DNA of 61,556 nucleotides, counting the filler, from Hausera hauseri (Eukaryota), in the NCBI GenBank assembly GCA_046269625.1. It is 10 parts of 10 records of this genome, joined end to end, with 100 filler letters (N's around TTAATTAATTAA, not from the genome) between each part and the next. Parts side by side here need not be neighbours in the genome. Positions count along the whole stretch, not along the records: positions 8,718 to 13,032 come from JBJURY010639886.1; positions 13,133 to 22,074 come from JBJURY010499908.1; positions 22,175 to 27,583 come from JBJURY010260621.1; 7 more parts are not named here. One strand, 5' to 3'. Numbering within the stretch: position 1 is the stretch's first letter; every line of letters starts with the position of its first letter. A model generated the notes under the pieces. That model was not told the origin of the DNA. It saw only the letters and a program-made list of their open reading frames with translations, and did no database searches. Both the position numbers and the translations under genes were made by a program. Below, in pieces: positions 11,384-22,859 of this stretch.

Positions 11384-13032
11384 TTACAAAAATATTCCAC
11401 TGGACTTTGCATCATCACTTTTTTGGATTTCCTCCTGTAATTGACTCGACATTTTCTCCATGACAATGGGGACAATTTCTTCATGAGCTGCATTTTGAGT
11501 AATTTCCTGAATAGCCCTTTCTACAATTGTCTGTTCTATCTCGGATTGCTTTTCGTTTTCGTTTCGTAGAAATAAATCACTCCATTTTCCATATTGTGGG
11601 ATTATTGATTTGCTAGCATGAATTATTTTGCCTGTTGTAGTTTTCAATTCGGTTTCATTAAGTGTCTCGGATATTAATAACAGTATCGCCTTTTCAAAAT
11701 TTACACGAAATGGTTTCTCTAGGATTAGCTGCACGATATCATAAATTGTGAAGTTCTTCCATTGTGAATTTTTCTTAAGGCTCTTCATAAATTTTAATTG
11801 CTCTTTAACTCGTTTTTTCCACTTTGGAGATTGAGGAGTTATTGGATCCTTCCGAACCTCTATATAGTATATTTCTCTAGCTAGTTTCATTACTTCTTTG
11901 TATTCTTTGTACAGTTTTGGGGTTTCATAGTCCATTATTTGAGTAGCAAAGTTCATTTCAATGGTGATCAATTTGTTCGGTTTACTATGTTTGTTAAGAT
12001 TGAGCAACATCCTTCGTACTATAGGCTGTACTATTTCCGCGTTATCTGTATCAATAGTCGGTTTCCCCAAGTTTTCAATTATCGTTTCTTTTAAATATAA
12101 ATAGGCTTGTTTGTATTGAATTCCCATAATAGATTCGTCTTCATGTATACTCTCTCCATTTATTATCTTTCGCATAACGTCTTCTTGAGTTAGTTCGTTT
12201 GTTGACGTAACTTTGACCGCACTAATGTTTGTGGGTACCATTCCAACATTCATTAATAGTTCTTCCGAATCTAAGATTCTATTGTAATATTCTATCCTTA
12301 AATGTTTCATAGTTCTCTTAGTTTGACATTTAATCATTTGTTCAAGGTCTGCGACTCGACTGTCTAGACTCATCTCTAGGTTGGGGAAAATATTTCCATT
12401 GACGACAGGTCGAACTATGATTTTCTGATCTATATAGTCTTTATTACTTAGCAAATATTTTCCTAATAATTTCAATAGCGTTCGTGGTGTAGCATTATGT
12501 CTCCATTTGTCTGCAGCTTTACTAGCTAACTTCTCGGCAGCTTCTAAAATTTCGTGGATATTTCCATCCTTGTTGAGGTATGTCATTAATAAATTATCTA
12601 ACTGCTCAGAAAACTCTTGTAGAGCAATCATTCTCTTGAGTAAAGTTCGTCGGGTCGCTATTCCTTCATCTGTTTCTTCATCTGGAAATTTATCGAAATG
12701 AATTGTATCCAAATCATATTCATTGAAGTCGGTAATATTTATGTCGTCTGCGAAACTGTAATCAGTCGTGTCACAGAGAGCTTCTTGCACTACATTGACT
12801 GGTGCTTGAATTTTCTCTTTACCAATTCTTATATCACCTGGCCTGTATAAACGCATCTTCTTCATAGTAGGTTTTCTTTTGATTTTGGGTGATATTGTTT
12901 CAGTTAGATCGGCAGTATTATTTTCGATTTCTTCTGAGTAGATTACTCTTTTTGCGTGTTGTATCTTATCTGCTTGTTTTTGGGTTGGTCATTCCAATTT
13001 ATTCATTCTTCTTTTAAAATCTGTTTCTTTAT
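11384..13032 (-). CDS. Uncharacterised helical protein (493-aa ORF), in frame with the glycoprotein across one TAA; frame continues to the contig end through one TGA
   Basis: ORF 11384..12865; ...SSGIFL*ILLLLLVLFSNFKKIGTILAFD stays in the same frame. Confidence 0.6.
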
Positions 13033-13135
13033 NNNNNNNNNNNNNNNNNNNNNNNNNNNNNNNNNNNNNNNNNNNNTTAATTAATTAANNNNNNNNNNNN
13101 NNNNNNNNNNNNNNNNNNNNNNNNNNNNNNNNCTC

Positions 13136-14934
13136 TTGGCTGTAGTTCTAGCGGTAAAGCATTTCAAGCACTTGCTTCTTTCACGTCAATTTACCATCCA
13201 AACCGACCATAATCCTCTACTTCACATAATGACTTTGAAACAGCCCTCACCCAGACAAGAACGACAGATATCATACCAGTTGACGTTTAGTTTTTCCATG
13301 AAATATATTTCAGGCACTGAAAATTTAGTAGCGGACTTTCTTTCGCGGTCGGTTAACTCAATTACCGTTCAGCAAATTTTCTCCTGTGAGGTCCTGAGAA
13401 GCAATCATCCATCATCTGATATTCTCCGAGCTTTTAAATCTGCTGAAATCATCGATGGCATCCCTTATGACACTTCCAACTCGACCAACAAGAAAATCAT
13501 TCTTGCTCCATCGCTACAAAAAACAGCTTTCAATCACTTTCATTCTCTTCATCATCCGGGTTCAAAAGCTACATTTCGTCTGCTGCAATGCTACGTTGTA
13601 TGGCTAACTATGCGTACCGATGTACAGACCTGGGTCAAGAGATGTGCAACATCTCAACAATACAAGGTTCATAAACACCTCAAACCACCACTCTACCACT
13701 TCCCTTGCACTTCTCGTTTTGAAACCGTACATCTGGATCTTGTGGGTCCTCTACTTGCCTACAATGGTTATCAATATATCCTATCCATGATGGATCGCGC
13801 TTCTCGCTGGCCGGAAGCCGTTCCGCTTCGATCAACCAACACTGACTCAGTGGTTGATGCATTTATCAAGATATGGGTCAGCCATTTTGGTTCAACACGT
13901 CATATCATAACGGACCAGGGTCCGCAATTTGAAGCTAATCTTTTCAAATCTCTTGTAAATCACTTGGGGATAGCCCATCTCCATACGACGCCGTACCATC
14001 CCCAAGCAAATGGACTTCTCGAGAGATTTCATCGTACCATGAAGATTTCCTTAAAAATCCTGGCAAACAACAATCATAACTGGAACTCAATTCTTCCTCT
14101 AGTCCTGCTCGGTTGGCGCAACACGCCATCCACCATTACAGGCTGTGCTCCAGCTGAGGCTCTCTTTCGGACATCAGTTCGTGCACTATTTCAGCTCTCC
14201 AATCTCGACGAAAGTCGGTCAGATGAAGTCATTCGTGCGGCACAGACCCACTTTGCTGATGTAAACTCGAATGCCTTCTGCCGTTTTATAAACAAAGACA
14301 AATCTTATATCCCAGAGGACTTATAATTAGCCACGTTTGTATGGCTGAAGGATCCGTCACCTTCTGGTTTTCGACCTCAATACGTTGGACCTTACAAACT
14401 ACTCAATCTTTCTTCGCACACTGCCACTATTTTACGCAAAGACCAACCTCATACTCTACACATTTCTAATCTTAAGCTAGCATTCTTCGTTGATGATGAC
14501 CAGGATAACAGCATTGTTTCAAATCCCAACTTTCACTTCTCTACCCTCGAGCCATCATCTAATTTCCTTGATTATTTTAGTCCTTCGCAGCCATCACTAT
14601 CGCGTCACGATCCGTTCTCTTCACTTCCGTCATCATGCACTGCTCTTCACCGTTTGCTTCTCCGTAATCGCCTGCACATCCACTATTCATTTCACTTTCA
14701 TCGCACGATTCGTCTTCTTCGCGCGATCGTTTTCCTTTTTCAGCTTCTTCTCCACTTTCACCTCTTCATGAAGCATTCTCCCTAAACACCACAAAATCAA
14801 CCACATCTCTCTCTCAAACGACTCCACAAGTACCAGCAACATCTAATACATCACGTCATGTGACGCTTAGTACTTACAGCAGCAAGAAGTTCATAGACGG
14901 AGTCAAACGTCTAACACGAACCAAAACCGAATAG
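13136..14934 (+). mobile_element. Ty3/Gypsy (CsRN1-like) pol 3' part: RNase H end, integrase with GPY module and P/S/T-rich tail
   Basis: TDHNPL, ADFLSR, HSLHHPG...WVKRCATSQ, HLDLVGPL, ITDQGPQF, NGLLERFH, YVGPYKL; terminal TAG at 14932-14934. Confidence 0.93.
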
Positions 14935-15001
14935 GTACGAGTTCTTCTTTTCATACTATAATCTACATTTACTCTTCTCGTTATAGTCTTCATCTGGCCA
15001 T

Positions 15002-15035
15002 GGGGGGATGATGTGGTGCCGCGGTCGCGGACACA
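15002..15035 (+). promoter_or_regulatory. Polypurine tract followed by TGTGGTGCC...GGACACA (putative 3' terminus)
   Basis: GGGGGGATGA then TGTGGTGCCGCGGTCGCGGACACA; related GCCA-purine-TRTKGTGCC motifs at ~60718-60741 (+) and ~26358-26386 (-). Confidence 0.55.
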
Positions 15036-15136
15036 GTTTGTGTCCTATCAACCACTTCCATTCCAAAAAATAGATACTGAAGTCAGCTCAAACACAAATG
15101 CAGATGTTCTATATTTATTTCGTCAGATATGAAACT

Positions 15137-15540
15137 TGTTACGTTATTTCACAATTTTACAATGTTCCTTTCTAAGGAAATAGCTATTCGAGTTTGATTA
15201 CATCCAATATTACACAGATTCCTAGGTTTGATAATGTTCAAACCGCGTTTTACAAATTTAGCAAATTTATTGGTTTTCAAGAAATTTATTAGAAATTTGC
15301 AATTGTCCATTGTAATATTGAAACCAGAACAATTTTCCGTACTCATATGACAATTTTGAAAAAATATTTAACTGTATACAGAATTGATTGAAAAATTGAT
15401 TGTGTTGTTTTGTTTGAACTTATAAATCAAAAACAATAAAAAGCATTATTTAGCGGCTTCATTCATTTTGGACTTAACTTCATTTTGGATTATACTTTCG
15501 AGAATTAATTCGATCCCTAAATTGGTGTCAAAAGTGGGAT
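15137..15540 (+). mobile_element. LTR of a second retrotransposon family with a tRNA-Leu primer-binding site
   Basis: Starts TGTTACG; TATAAA ~15421 and AATAAA ~15435; TGGTGTCAAAAGTGGGAT at 15523-15540 is one mismatch from the Leu PBS TGGTGTCAGAAGTGGGAT. Confidence 0.7.
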
Positions 15541-15659
15541 CGTCAATCAGACCAATCATCAAGCTCATCATCAAAATGTTTTAATCAACTCATTCAAGAT
15601 CTCATTTCATCTTATCAAACGCAACAGGAAACTCTATCTCAACTATTAAACACAAACTT

Positions 15660-18352
15660 TTGAGTGCAATGGAAAAGTTATTATATGATGTACAAAACAA
15701 TGTTGAGTCCTCTCTCTTGGCTCTTTGGATTTCACAAACAATCATGGAAGGCCTTTCTAACAGACTGAAAAATGTCGATTATGGAAAGCACTTAATGGCT
15801 GTTGAAGAGCTTCTTAGACAACATGAGTTAATCGCTGCAGATATAAAAGTTATCAATCAAAGACTTGAAAAATTACTTGGTGAATCAGATCAGTATATTC
15901 GATTCGCCGACAAAGATTTTCGAGAAAATACTACTGCAAACAAAGAAATGATGGTCCAAAAAAGACTTGCCACCATTCAGGATTTCAATGCTTTGCTTGA
16001 TATGTCAGAAGAAAGAAAAACCGGTTTGAAACAATCGCAAGCTGCTTGGCAGTATATTGTCGATATTTGTCTTGAAGAACAATGGATCAAAGAACTTTTA
16101 GATATTATGAAAAATCCAGATTGCGGAACGGATCTTAGTTCAACAGACCGAATTTTGAAAAAGCATAAAGCCGTCGAAGCGGAGATAAGCACAAGACGTG
16201 TTGATTTAAAAAACAAGTTGTTAGATGGAAAAAGACTGGCGAATGAATTTCCTATTGGTTTTGATGCCATTATGACAAAGAACATGCAAATACAGCAGCT
16301 ATGGGATGATTTGATTGACAATGCAGAAGCCAGAAAACTAAAACTTCTTGAATTGTTTAATTTCTATCAATTTTTATCCGACAGCGACGACATGGATTCT
16401 TGGATAGATGAGTTCAAACGCTTTTTTGATCTTTCACATCTAGAAGATCGAATGGCTCACACTGAATTACTTATTATTAAGAAACAGCAGAATACGAAAT
16501 TTATTGAAGATAGACGGGAAAATCTTGAACAGTTACGCAGTGAAGCTGAAGCTCTACTAAATTACACATGTTGATCCTAAGAATGTAAATGAAAGATTTG
16601 GAAAAGTTGAGAAGAACTTTCAGAGTCTTGTACAGCTCGCTCATAGAATGCAAGAAAAATTGCTTGACGAGTTAACGGTGTTTCGCCTTTAAAACGATGT
16701 AGATTCTGTTCGATCACGGATTACAGAAAAAGAAAAATTTCTAGTTAATTTTATACCAACTGATGATATTGAAGAACTAGAAGTAATGAAACTTCGGTTT
16801 GAAGTTTTCGATTCTGAATTAACCAAACGTGCAGAGAAAGTTTATCACTTTAATACATAGTCTGAGAACCTGGTTTCAAATGGAAATCCTAGCTACAAGG
16901 TCATAATAAACAATGAAGACAATTTGAACAACACATGGAATAAAATGGCTGATGTTATCGACCTAAAGCAAGAAGAATTGCTTCAGAAATATCATTTCAA
17001 TACATTCTTTTTCGAATGTGAACAAACCGTGGAATGGATGAAGGAGAAAATACAAATCCTAGAGTCTTTGGAGAACACAAATAACGACTTAGAGAGCCTT
17101 ACACATGTTCAAAGACGCATAAACCGTTTACATCGCGATATGTGCGTCATTGAAGCAAAAGTAGACTATTTGGACAGTCAAAGGGAATTGATAATTCGAA
17201 GTAATCTTGGTAGCAAAAAAGAAATCGAGAGTCATTTAGACATTGTTCATGAAAATTGGGATCTATTGAAAAGAATGATTAAAGAACAAGAAACAAATCT
17301 ATGCGGTAAAAGCGGCATTCATCGATTTTTGTTGGACGTTGAAGAATTCCAGACATGGTTAAACCAATTGCAGTCAAAAATGGCTATTCAAATCATTCCT
17401 GAAACGCTTGTCGATGCTGAAAAAGCCATCATGGAATTCAATGCTTATCGAATCGATATTAAAAAACAAGCACCCATATTGGAGAATTTGTTGCATCTTG
17501 GTAAAGATTATCTAAGTCAAGTAGAGAGCCGTGTACAAAGCGAATTGATCCAACAACGTTTAAATGGATTAGAAAAAGGATGGAAAACCCTTCTTGAATT
17601 GGCCGAAGAAAAGGAACGAAAACTTGAGCAGTACATGAATGTTCTAATGGTTTTCGAAGATGCCAAAGAAATTAAAAAATGCTTAATGTTCAAGAAAGCT
17701 TTCTAAACAAAGATATTCGTTCATCAAATCTATTGATTTTTACACGAAGCTGCAAACGATACTGATGAGTTCATACGAAAATTGGAACTTGAAGCAAAAT
17801 TCTTACCAACTGTTTTGGATTTTGGTCATAAATTAATTGCTGAAAACAATTTTCAAAAAGATAAAATCAGTGCTAAATGCCGTTCATTTGAAGACCGATG
17901 GAAAAAGAATTTAGATGTTGCACGACAACGGAAAAACTTTTTAAAGGAACAACTTATTCTTTTTGATTTGTTACAAGATATCGATGACTTGGATGATGCT
18001 CTAATTAAAAAATTAATCTTATCAATCAAATCACGTTTAGCAGTGATAAATCTAAGAGTAATCAATATATTCACTTTAAAGCTTTAGAGGAAGTATATGC
18101 TCAAAAAACAGAGATTCCTCGAACTCAATGAACTTAGCGCAAAAATGATAAAAAATTATCAAAATTTTAAACCGGAAATTGACGGAAGATTGGAAAATTT
18201 AAAATGTACATGGTAAGAAGTTACAAAGGCTCTCGAAAACCGACTGAAGAGCTTCAAGGATGCTGATAGAGATGCCGCATTTAATGAATCGTCACAATCA
18301 GTAATAGATTGGCTACAATCCAGTGAATCACAGATAGTATCCGATGATTACT
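15660..18352 (+). pseudogene. Intronless, disrupted beta-spectrin-like fragment (several spectrin repeats)
   Basis: DYGKHLMAVEELLRQHELIAADI, AWQYIVDICLEEQWIKE, FYQFLSDSDDMDSWI, FFFECEQTVEWMKEK, HRFLLDVEEFQTWL follow beta-spectrin repeat order; stops or frameshifts near 16572, 16690, 16858, 17706, 18087 and 18214. Confidence 0.85.
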
Positions 18353-19108
18353 ATCTGCAGTTTAAAAGGACTATTTCACTTGTATCATCAGCAGAACGTC
18401 ATCATAATATTATAGTGCTAGTTTTCTATGCTAATTATGAAGACAAGCAAAATTTGCTCAACACAAGCAAACGAATTGAATAAGATCTGCAGACTAGATC
18501 ATTTTCTGTATGGAGTGAACCAGTTATTGAAGTAATTTCAAAAGATGAATACATAAATGTTATAATTCAAGCCGAAGTGATTGTTGCTATCACGTCCGGC
18601 AACTTTACCGAAAGCAAACTTTGTATGACCTTTTTTACTCTTTCAAAGAATACACTCAGAAAAAATGTCTTTGATTGTACTTGACAAAAATTATTCAGTG
18701 GATAGTTTGGCATCACAACCACATCAGCATACGGGGGCTGCAAACTCTGTTGGCAAATTAATATTTGATACAACATTCAATCTACCATTTTATCCATCAA
18801 TAAATTTGCCTATCGGTTCGCCAATTTCAACTACAAAATCAGCTACGGTATTATCAAATATTTTTGAAACCGCGTTTTTGATAACTTTGGTGGACCATAC
18901 GAAACAAATTGTCAAAGAATTATTGAAATCAGTTCAGTTGATGCAAAAACCTCAGGAACGATTGCCAGAGTCGCTATCAATAAAAGTAATTATGATAGAT
19001 ATACATATTGTTACTCCATCATTTATAATGCGAAACGACGTTATCAGTGAAAGAGCTATCGATAATTTGGGTGAGAAATCGAGCGTGACCGCCCCCGCTG
19101 CACTGCAT

Positions 19109-22074
19109 CCCCTTTCCCTTCTTATTTTTTTCAATAATAAACAAATGCACACTAAGGGTTGCATGCAAACATGCGGCGCACATCCTTTATTCTGCATTGT
19201 CTTCCTTTTTCGGCTCCTCCGACTTTTATTGCATGCACAATGGCTTGACTCTGTTACCTTCCGACTCTGTTATCCTTTGCATCCGGGAAAGATTCAATGA
19301 TTCTCGCCATCCATTTTCGCATCCGTGGTGGATCAGATCCTGACCTTTCCGCCCAAAATTTAACCAAAACCAGATCTGGTCGTCGTCCTGCCGACCCCAC
19401 ACTAACTACATCTCCAAATCTTCCTTGCACAGACTCTTTTTCTTGATAAAACCAAGTCGAGTCGCACTTGGTTACAGTTCCATTTGCAATGGCTTAAAGC
19501 CAATCATATCATAGACTCCTTTTTGCGGGCGAACAGTTTGCTGCTATTACTTCCAACTAATATCAAGCAGCAACTCAACAATCTTGCTGATATACTTACT
19601 TCTTCAAGCCCATATAATATGCTTTATGAATCGGTTCTGCATATCACCGACCCTTCCACTGACAGCATAATTCAGAAATACTTTAATGAACACGCCATCG
19701 GAAATCAAAAACCGTCGGATTTCCTTTAAACTGCAATCTAACAATTGAGCTCCTTGGGCGTCACTCCCATAAACAATGCTGATCTTCTTCGTCGGTATTT
19801 TCTTTCACCCTTGCCAACCTTCATCAGAGCGCTGCTCACGGTAGTGGACGACTCAACGGCCCTTGAAAAGCTCGCCCTATTGACAGACAAAAGTTTTGAC
19901 ATTTTGCAGTCTAATAATTCACAAACAATAGCTGCAGCAACCGCTCATACACCATCATACACAGATAACACTTCATTTTCACAACAATTGCAAATGATGC
20001 AACAGCAGTTTGACGAGTTACAGCAGTCGATTCTAGCCATTACCCCATCTAAATAATCTTAATGGGCTTCGACGAAACGAAACCAGACCCTCAAGGAAGA
20101 GAAGCATTTCTAGACACTGTTCGATCCATTTCACCTGGCAGACGCATGACTTGCTTTTATCACACGCGATTTCGAAGGGATGCTAGGAAATGTTTATTGG
20201 GTTGTCGGTTCTACAGCCAACGGTACGCTGTGGACAACCCCATTTGCGTGTATCACAATAAGTTTCACTCACGGGCTAGATAATGTGTGTCTGGTTGTAA
20301 GCATTACAACGATAAATCTCCTCTTCCTTTTCTCCAAAATTTTCAAAAAATTAACAACGTCACCAGATGTCACGACACATTTTGGCGCAGGCAATATCGC
20401 TCAATCTTCTGGCCGTTTCAACACCGCCTCTGCAGTCTTTCTGTTGAAAGCTGATCTGTTATGCAGAGATACTTCACATATTGACTTCCTTATAGACTCA
20501 GGTGCTGCCTTTTCGCTCCTTCCCCTGTCCTTCGTTCCTACATCAATTATGATTTCCTGTCCACCGCTTTTCAGTGACAATGGTCAACCGTTGCATGTTG
20601 CAGGAACTACTGAATTGATTTTCACATTCGCCAACTTGCCAGATAAATTTGTCTGGAAGTTCTACGTGGCCAACATTAAATCTCCCATAATAGGCTCAGG
20701 CTTACTTGCCATACATGATCTATTGATCGATTGCAAATACAGCTGTCTTTTAAGCAGGACCTCGATTGCAAATCCAAACATGTATCTCGTAGACAACTTA
20801 GCGAGCAATTCACTGAACTCATATATGAACCTGTTGAACGCTTCGTCATCTATAAAATCTTCCGATAAAATCGGTAATATTTCAATTATGAACGACAATC
20901 ATAAATCTATTCTAAAACAACAATCCAAATTAGGCGTCAACAGTAGCAATGCCAGTTGCTTTTCGTAAATCACTGGAGCTATTCTCTCTAATAATGTACC
21001 TCATTCATTCTTGTCTCTAGATTCCAATCTTAAATCATACGTCACAACGTCCTGCTTTAGCATAGTTAAAAGGGACGTCAACTTCAAGCCTCCATCCACA
21101 ACTTATCATCACATAGTAAAAGAGCATCAAAGGCCGATCAAACAAAAGGTCAGACCCTTGTCGCCACGCAGACGTAAAGCTGTGGAACAGGAATTTAACA
21201 AAATGGAAAGCTTTGGCATCAACCGGAGATCGAATACACCATGAGCTTTTCCTCTTCATGTAATGGTAAAGAAAGATGGAACCTATAGGCCATGTGGCGA
21301 CTAACGACAACTAAACAATCTAACTATTACAGATGTCTATCTACTACCACTCATTAAAGATATTCTTCATTGCCTAAACAACACCAATACCTATTCTACC
21401 ATTGATCTACACAAGACCTACAATCAAATTCCCGCTGCCCATGATGACATTCCCAAAATTGCTGTCATCACACCATTTGGTCTTCAGAGTACATCTTCAT
21501 GCCTTTTGGCATACGTAGTGCATCTCAGACCTTTCAGCGCCACACTGACACCGTTCTTTCTGGTCCTGATTTTTCTCATCCATACATAGATGATATATTA
21601 GTCGCTTCCAGCTCCATCAAACAACATTTTGAGCACCTTAGAATCATTTTCCACAAATTGCATCAAAGCGACCTGCAAATTAATTTTGCCAAATGCAATT
21701 TCTTCCAGAAACGCGTCAACTTCTTAGGCCACATAATTACTCCCGAAGGGCATTCACACCAGCCTGATCGCTTACAACAATTAAAAATGTGATGTTGCCA
21801 ACTACTACTTTCGATATGATAAGTTTTCTAGGGACATTACATTTTGTACAAAAATACGTGCCACACTGCTCCGAACTAACGGCAACTTTCGCACACATCT
21901 CATCTGGAAAGAAAAGACATTTAATCCATTGGACTACTGATCTAGTAAACCAATTTGATCGCCTTCGTGAAGGTGTGAAAACTGTGGAAGTCTTGGTCTT
22001 TCCAAAACCAAACGCTGAACTAATATTAACTACCGATGCCTCAAGCACAGCAACTGGTGCGATATTACACGAAA
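19109..22074 (+). mobile_element. CsRN1-clade Ty3/Gypsy 5' part: UBL-gag, protease, RT, RNase H start (decayed, cut by the contig end)
   Basis: IHFRIRGG; gag IGNQKPSDFL and FLSPLP; two CHCC knuckles CFYHTRF..DARKCLLGC and CVYHNKF; PR FLIDSGAAFSLL; RT HPYIDDILVAS; RH TTDAS. Confidence 0.92.
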
Positions 22075-22174
22075 NNNNNNNNNNNNNNNNNNNNNNNNNN
22101 NNNNNNNNNNNNNNNNNNTTAATTAATTAANNNNNNNNNNNNNNNNNNNNNNNNNNNNNNNNNNNNNNNNNNNN

Positions 22175-22600
22175 GCGTGGTTACGGTCGTTGATTTTTGG
22201 TGAAAAGTGAAAGGTGATGGTTTAGAGGTAGTCTTGTCAGTAGTGTCAATGGTAAGAGAAGAATCCATGCCACCACGAATGCGAATGTGTACACGACTAA
22301 TGATATAACGGGATGAATGCACAAAAGGTGGCGAAAATCGACGTTAATTACAGGTAGGTTGTTGTAAGTGAAGTAAAAATCAGAAATATTACCGAAACAT
22401 AGTACATAATGGTGTAAGAAATATGCGTCAATAGAATCCGTTGTATTAAGTGTGAGTACTTGACAATTAATGATGAAAAATAAAAAGGAAAGAGTCGGTG
22501 TAGGTCCTAGTGGTTGATGTGGTGATGGAACGGACCATGGCGTTGGATCTACTGATATTGGACAAAAGGCCGGATAGTCGGTCACACTGCGACGCACCTG
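22175..22600 (-). mobile_element. 5' end (UBL-gag N-terminus) of another copy of the same Gypsy family
   Basis: LSFLFFIINCQVLT...SDFYFTYNN...VHIRIRGG|MDSSLTIDTTDK aligns with 56175-56430 (IHPRIHGG|MIYSLTSDITDK). Confidence 0.75.
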
Positions 22601-22859
22601 AAAATCCGGGATGACCGAATCCCCTCCAAAAACTCTTGGCTGAAGAAATAACTTCAGGGGTTATAAAAGTATTAGGCTATTATGTGGAAAAATGTGAATT
22701 TTCAAAGTATAGGGACTTTAAACGACAACCACTTCTGAAGGCTCTGTATAGAAGGGGCGATGCTGTGTCAACGGTGGGCATATTATGAACACAAACATGT
22801 AAGAAAAACAAGAAATAGAAATCGTTAAAAAAGGCAAAATAAAAAATGGTTGCCAGACG

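Noticed and set aside
18665-19300. 211-aa ORF as a single gene
   Set aside because: It is a chimeric read-through from an unassigned fragment into the start of the Gypsy UBL region.
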